The notes under the pieces: generated by a model
What the model saw: the letters and a program-made list of their open reading frames with translations, nothing else
Told to the model about the DNA's origin: nothing
The model's database searches: none
Source of the DNA: Tubulanus polymorphus
Taxonomy: Eukaryota; Animalia; Nemertea
Assembly: GCF_964204645.1 (NCBI RefSeq)
Contig: NC_134025.1
Span: 13,206,001 to 13,270,000 of the forward strand
Length of the DNA: 64,000 nucleotides
Direction of reading: 5' to 3'
Shown here: positions 63,301 through 64,000 of the stretch, piece by piece
How the letters are laid out: each line of letters starts with the position of its first letter
How positions within the stretch are numbered: the first letter of the stretch is position 1
Program-made: the position numbers and the translations under genes

Positions 63301-63462
63301 GATAATTCTAAAACCCAATACAGAATTTTATTTATCAAGAACAAGAATTAGAATACACGACGTTTCGAACTCGCACTAGAGATCATTGCCAGATATCTTT
63401 AAATTCTGTGTGGGTTTTAAACTTATTATCTCTTCTCCATGTCAGAGTGTACGGGCTATTCT
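63301..63462. mobile_element. Penelope-like pseudo-LTR remnants in inverted arrangement, with a degenerate hammerhead
   Basis: ACACGACGTTTCGAACTC...AGAGATCATTGCCAG matches 49299-49336; 63398-63462 is the reverse complement of the 49181-49260 segment. Confidence 0.6.
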
Positions 63463-64000
63463 ACCAAATACCATCAATTGAAAACGATGTAAGAAAAAGA
63501 TAAATTTATTTTCAGTTTTGTTATAAAATAGTAATAGAAACGTCTTTCGGACACCATTGCAATTTTCGATTGCCTTTACTATTGCACAGCGTAAGATAGC
63601 GTGGTTTTGAAATAAGATAAAGTAAGTAAGGTGTAACAACCGTATAAATGCAAAATCAAAGCATACTCGTTTTCTCTGATAATTTGGAAGCATGTGACGC
63701 ATATATCTTGGTGAGATTATCTATTTTTAGTCGGAAATTCGATTTAAAAAATTATATACGTTTACTAACGAGGATTCTCTTAATCGAAAATCGCGCATAA
63801 CTTTGCTAATTATGAAGAATCCGACGATATTTTCCTATTTTTCTAAACCGACAATCGCCACCATGTGAAAAAACCCAATTTCCATGATACTTTTTAAACC
63901 GCAAAGAAAAACATTCAAATTCCTTATAGATCGAATGTTCATTTCATAGTTATATCGCGTCAAAGATATATGATTTTTTAAATTAATTTATGAACGGAAG

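Noticed and set aside
62050-64000. CpG-richer terminal region as a gene or transposon ORF
   Set aside because: No identifiable protein motif or paired termini within the window.

Overview
AT-rich metazoan (invertebrate-like) genomic DNA; there are no prokaryotic features. The only host gene I can support is a complete 21-exon NSF gene (vesicle-fusing AAA+ ATPase) on the + strand, with ATG at 9411 and TAG at 58997. The exons join in frame at GT-AG junctions to 2232 nt (743 aa). Introns 1-3 are each about 12 kb and full of transposons. Intron 3 holds an antisense CR1/L2-group LINE (A, decayed, 8-bp TSD) split by a second, apparently intact LINE (B). B has an unusual ORF1 (RRM-like, two CCHC knuckles, SGNH esterase) and an ORF2 lacking an AUG. 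Also present: two Helentron-type non-autonomous (HINE/DINE-1-like) families, one with ~150-bp repeats carrying CTCF-like motifs; a self-nested IS3EU-like element just upstream of the NSF start; Penelope fragments with a minimal hammerhead ribozyme; and piggyBac, Kolobok, Harbinger, Tc1/mariner and 5-bp-TSD MITEs. TA-NNNN-TA palindromes are over-represented and look like transposon excision footprints. All coordinates and counts are read by eye. Family assignments rest on motifs, termini and TSDs, not on database searches.
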